From Squalus acanthias (taxonomy: Eukaryota): a DNA stretch of 64,000 bases. Position 1 is the stretch's first letter; each line of letters starts with the position of its first letter. Both the position numbers and the translations under genes were made by a program. Where the stretch lies: the NCBI GenBank assembly GCA_030390025.1, contig JASTWF010000033.1:374001-438000 (forward strand), in the 5' to 3' direction. This document shows positions 61,601 to 64,000 of this stretch, one piece after another. A model generated the notes under the pieces. The model did no database searches and was not told the DNA's origin. It saw only the letters and a program-made list of their open reading frames with translations.

Positions 61601-62187
61601 CAGGCTCTTGGGTTCGGACCCCAAGTTAGGCGAAGGTTATTGTTAAACTTTTTGTTTGTTGCTTTCACGGCAAATCATCATGAATTCACCGGTAATTTTC
61701 TTTGGCACAATGAAAGAAATGCTAACTGAGGGAGAGTCGATACTTCAATCATTTTATTTGTGCTTTGCACGTTAACTGTTACCCAGATCTCCTTTTACAC
61801 ACGGTACTTTAGGAGTCTGGTTTAAAGTGTTCATTGCTGATGACACCAGGAATCTGGGGCAATATTTGTCAAATTGAACAGCACCGGTTATTTCCACCGT
61901 GCTCAAAAAATAGAATCAGCAGTGAACATGAAATCCCATTGTGCTGACATTCAGATTCAACGCAGTCAGTTTTGAAATAAAGGGAAATTATTTTACAATG
62001 AAAAGATTGGGAAGTAAGTGTTACTGGTATTTGTGCCTTTAATTAAAGGTTGTGGCGTCTGACTCCCGTTCATATTTCTTCTTCCTCTGTTGAATAAGAA
62101 AGTGGGAATGACGTTGACCAGACTGCACTGCGCCTGATGTTTGTGAGCTCATCCTTTATATTGAGCGGTTTCTCAACATTTGATCGA

Positions 62188-62275
62188 CGTCAGCTTTAGC
62201 TCAGCGGTTACTTCGCAGCACCAACTTAATTCTAAGTTCGAACCCTGTCTCACCGCGGGCGCTGCCTGGCGTTTT
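62188..62275 (+). ncRNA. vtRNA: Vault RNA-like gene, unit 3
   Basis: Identical to 49737-49824. Confidence 0.85.
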
Positions 62276-64000
62276 ATTGTCATTTTCAACCCCCTGCTTT
62301 TACACCGAAACAAATTGTAACGGTGATTTCAATTTAGCTGTGTGAAATTTTTAGAGGGCAACTTTAAACGATTCATTGCCTACTCCTGTCAGCATCGCGA
62401 CCCGTGTTCGATTCCCGGTTTTGGAATTAACTTTGATATCAACGTTTTTAATTAATTAATGCGAAGTAATTTTATTAAATTACTAACATGCATCTAATGT
62501 GAAAAATAAGAATTGTTTTAATGACCATTATTGAACCAATAACTTCCTTTTGCAGAATGAAATATATTATAATATGGTTACTGAGGGACAGTCAAAACTT
62601 CAGTCATTTAATTTGCTCTTTGCCTGTGCTGAACTGTTAACCTATATCTCATTGTATACATTGTATTTTGGGAGAATGGTTTAAAATGTTTATTGCTTGT
62701 GAGAGCAGGGATCTGGGGCAACTTTTGTTAATTTAACAGGATCGGCTATTTCACAGAAAAAAAAATTCTCTGACATAATGTTTTCAGACCATACACTGAC
62801 CGATCATTCTTAGGCCCAAAGTGGATGATCTGACACTTGCCCACATTGAACTCCATTAATCGCTGTTCAGGGGAGATTTAATAGAACTGTTCAAAGTTAT
62901 GGGGGAAATTGTTTCCACTGGCAGGAGGGTCAGTAGGGCTGTGGGGGAAGAGCAGCGGAATGGGACTAATTGGATAGCTCTTTCAACGATGCTGCATCAA
63001 TTGTTCATTTTAATCTGCGATTGATAGATTTTTGTTAACGAAAGGTATTAAAGGATAATTCAAGTCTGTGAGACTCCTTATAATTGTTTCAATCATCATT
63101 AATCAACACACAACATTGTGTTGCTCACTGCAGGAATTGCTAACAAGTTTACTGAGTGACAGCCAAACTTGAATAACCTTTTATAGAATCATAGAATCAT
63201 ACAGCACAGAAGGAGGACATTCGGACAATTATTCCCACTCCCCAGCTCTTTTTCCAAAGCCCTGCAAGTGTTTCTTTTTCAATTTCTTTCCCTTTTGAAA
63301 GTTAATATTGAATCTGCTTTTACCACCCTGTCAGGCAGAAAAATGTGTACATCAATGTTATCCAAGTCCCATTTCACACAGTGATTTCCCTGCTTTGCAT
63401 GTCATGAACTTTCATCCCTTCTCATTTTGCACACTCTATTTTAGGAGTTTGTTTAAAAATGTTCGATGCTTGTGACGTCAGCCATTGCTAGATTGAAAAG
63501 GATTGTAGCTCCTTTCCTTGGAAATCTCTGCCCCAAAATGCTGTTGATGCTCATTCGTTGAGTATATTCGAGGCTGAGATCGATAGATTTTTGGACTGTA
63601 GTGGAATCAAGGGAGATGGGGATAGGCAGGAAAGTGGAGTTGAGGTCCAAGATCAGCCATTATCTGATTGAATGGCGGTGCAGGCTCGGGGGGCCATAGG
63701 GCCGACTCCTGCTCCTAATTCTTTCGTTCTTCTGTTCTTATGTCCTTTCACAGGAGAGCAAACTCGCCCCTGGACCTGCATGAGGAGCAAGTGCCAACAA
63801 AATATTTCCGAGAAAGTGATACCTCCTACACTGCAGAAACGTCTCCACTTTCAGTACCAGGTCTGATGGAAATGTTCAGCGAGCAGGTGAAACGCTGAAT
63901 CCCACTTTTGAGAGACTTCCCAAAGCGCAGCACAAGAAATGTGTTGCCCTTAGTAATTAAATATAAGCAATGTCAGAATTGGGGTTCGAACTCACGCCTT

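Larger units (their letters stand above)
45940..64000. repeat. ~6.2-kb tandem macrosatellite, ~2.9 near-identical units, running off the window
   Basis: Landmarks recur at +6183 to +6186 and then +6268 (e.g. 46203/52389/58657); the length difference is mostly one 83-bp monomer. Confidence 0.97.

Noticed and set aside
46735..63866. Short ORFs repeated in each array unit
   Set aside because: They recur only because of the tandem duplication, overlap tRNA or CR1 relics, show no domains, and one gains a stop between units.

Overview
Eukaryotic, repeat-rich genomic DNA. It is most likely from a cartilaginous fish (shark), inferred from the CR1 LINE families, the GPR139-like gene and the palindromic repeats. 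There is one apparently intact host gene, a two-exon GPR139-like GPCR on the minus strand (20234-25956). There are two RT-deleted LTR elements. The first (4227-12493) has ~1.2-kb LTRs, a tRNA-Arg(TCG) PBS, gag, an orphan accessory ORF and an unusual env in which an Ig-like domain precedes a furin-cleaved F-type fusion protein; it resembles lokiretroviruses. The second (33520-39206) is a class I ERV with a tRNA-Ser PBS and a 4-bp TSD. An intact full-length CR1 (40933-45939) has an ORF2 with no AUG before the endonuclease; ORF2 can be reached by -1 slippage at U_UUA_AAC just before the ORF1 stop. From ~45940 to the window end is a near-identical ~6.2-kb tandem array (~2.9 units). Each unit carries a vault-RNA-like gene, several decayed tRNA genes and an antisense CR1 5' UTR. 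The rest is decayed LINEs, Harbinger elements, tRNA pseudogenes and mini/microsatellites. All family calls come from motif recognition by eye; no database searches were run.
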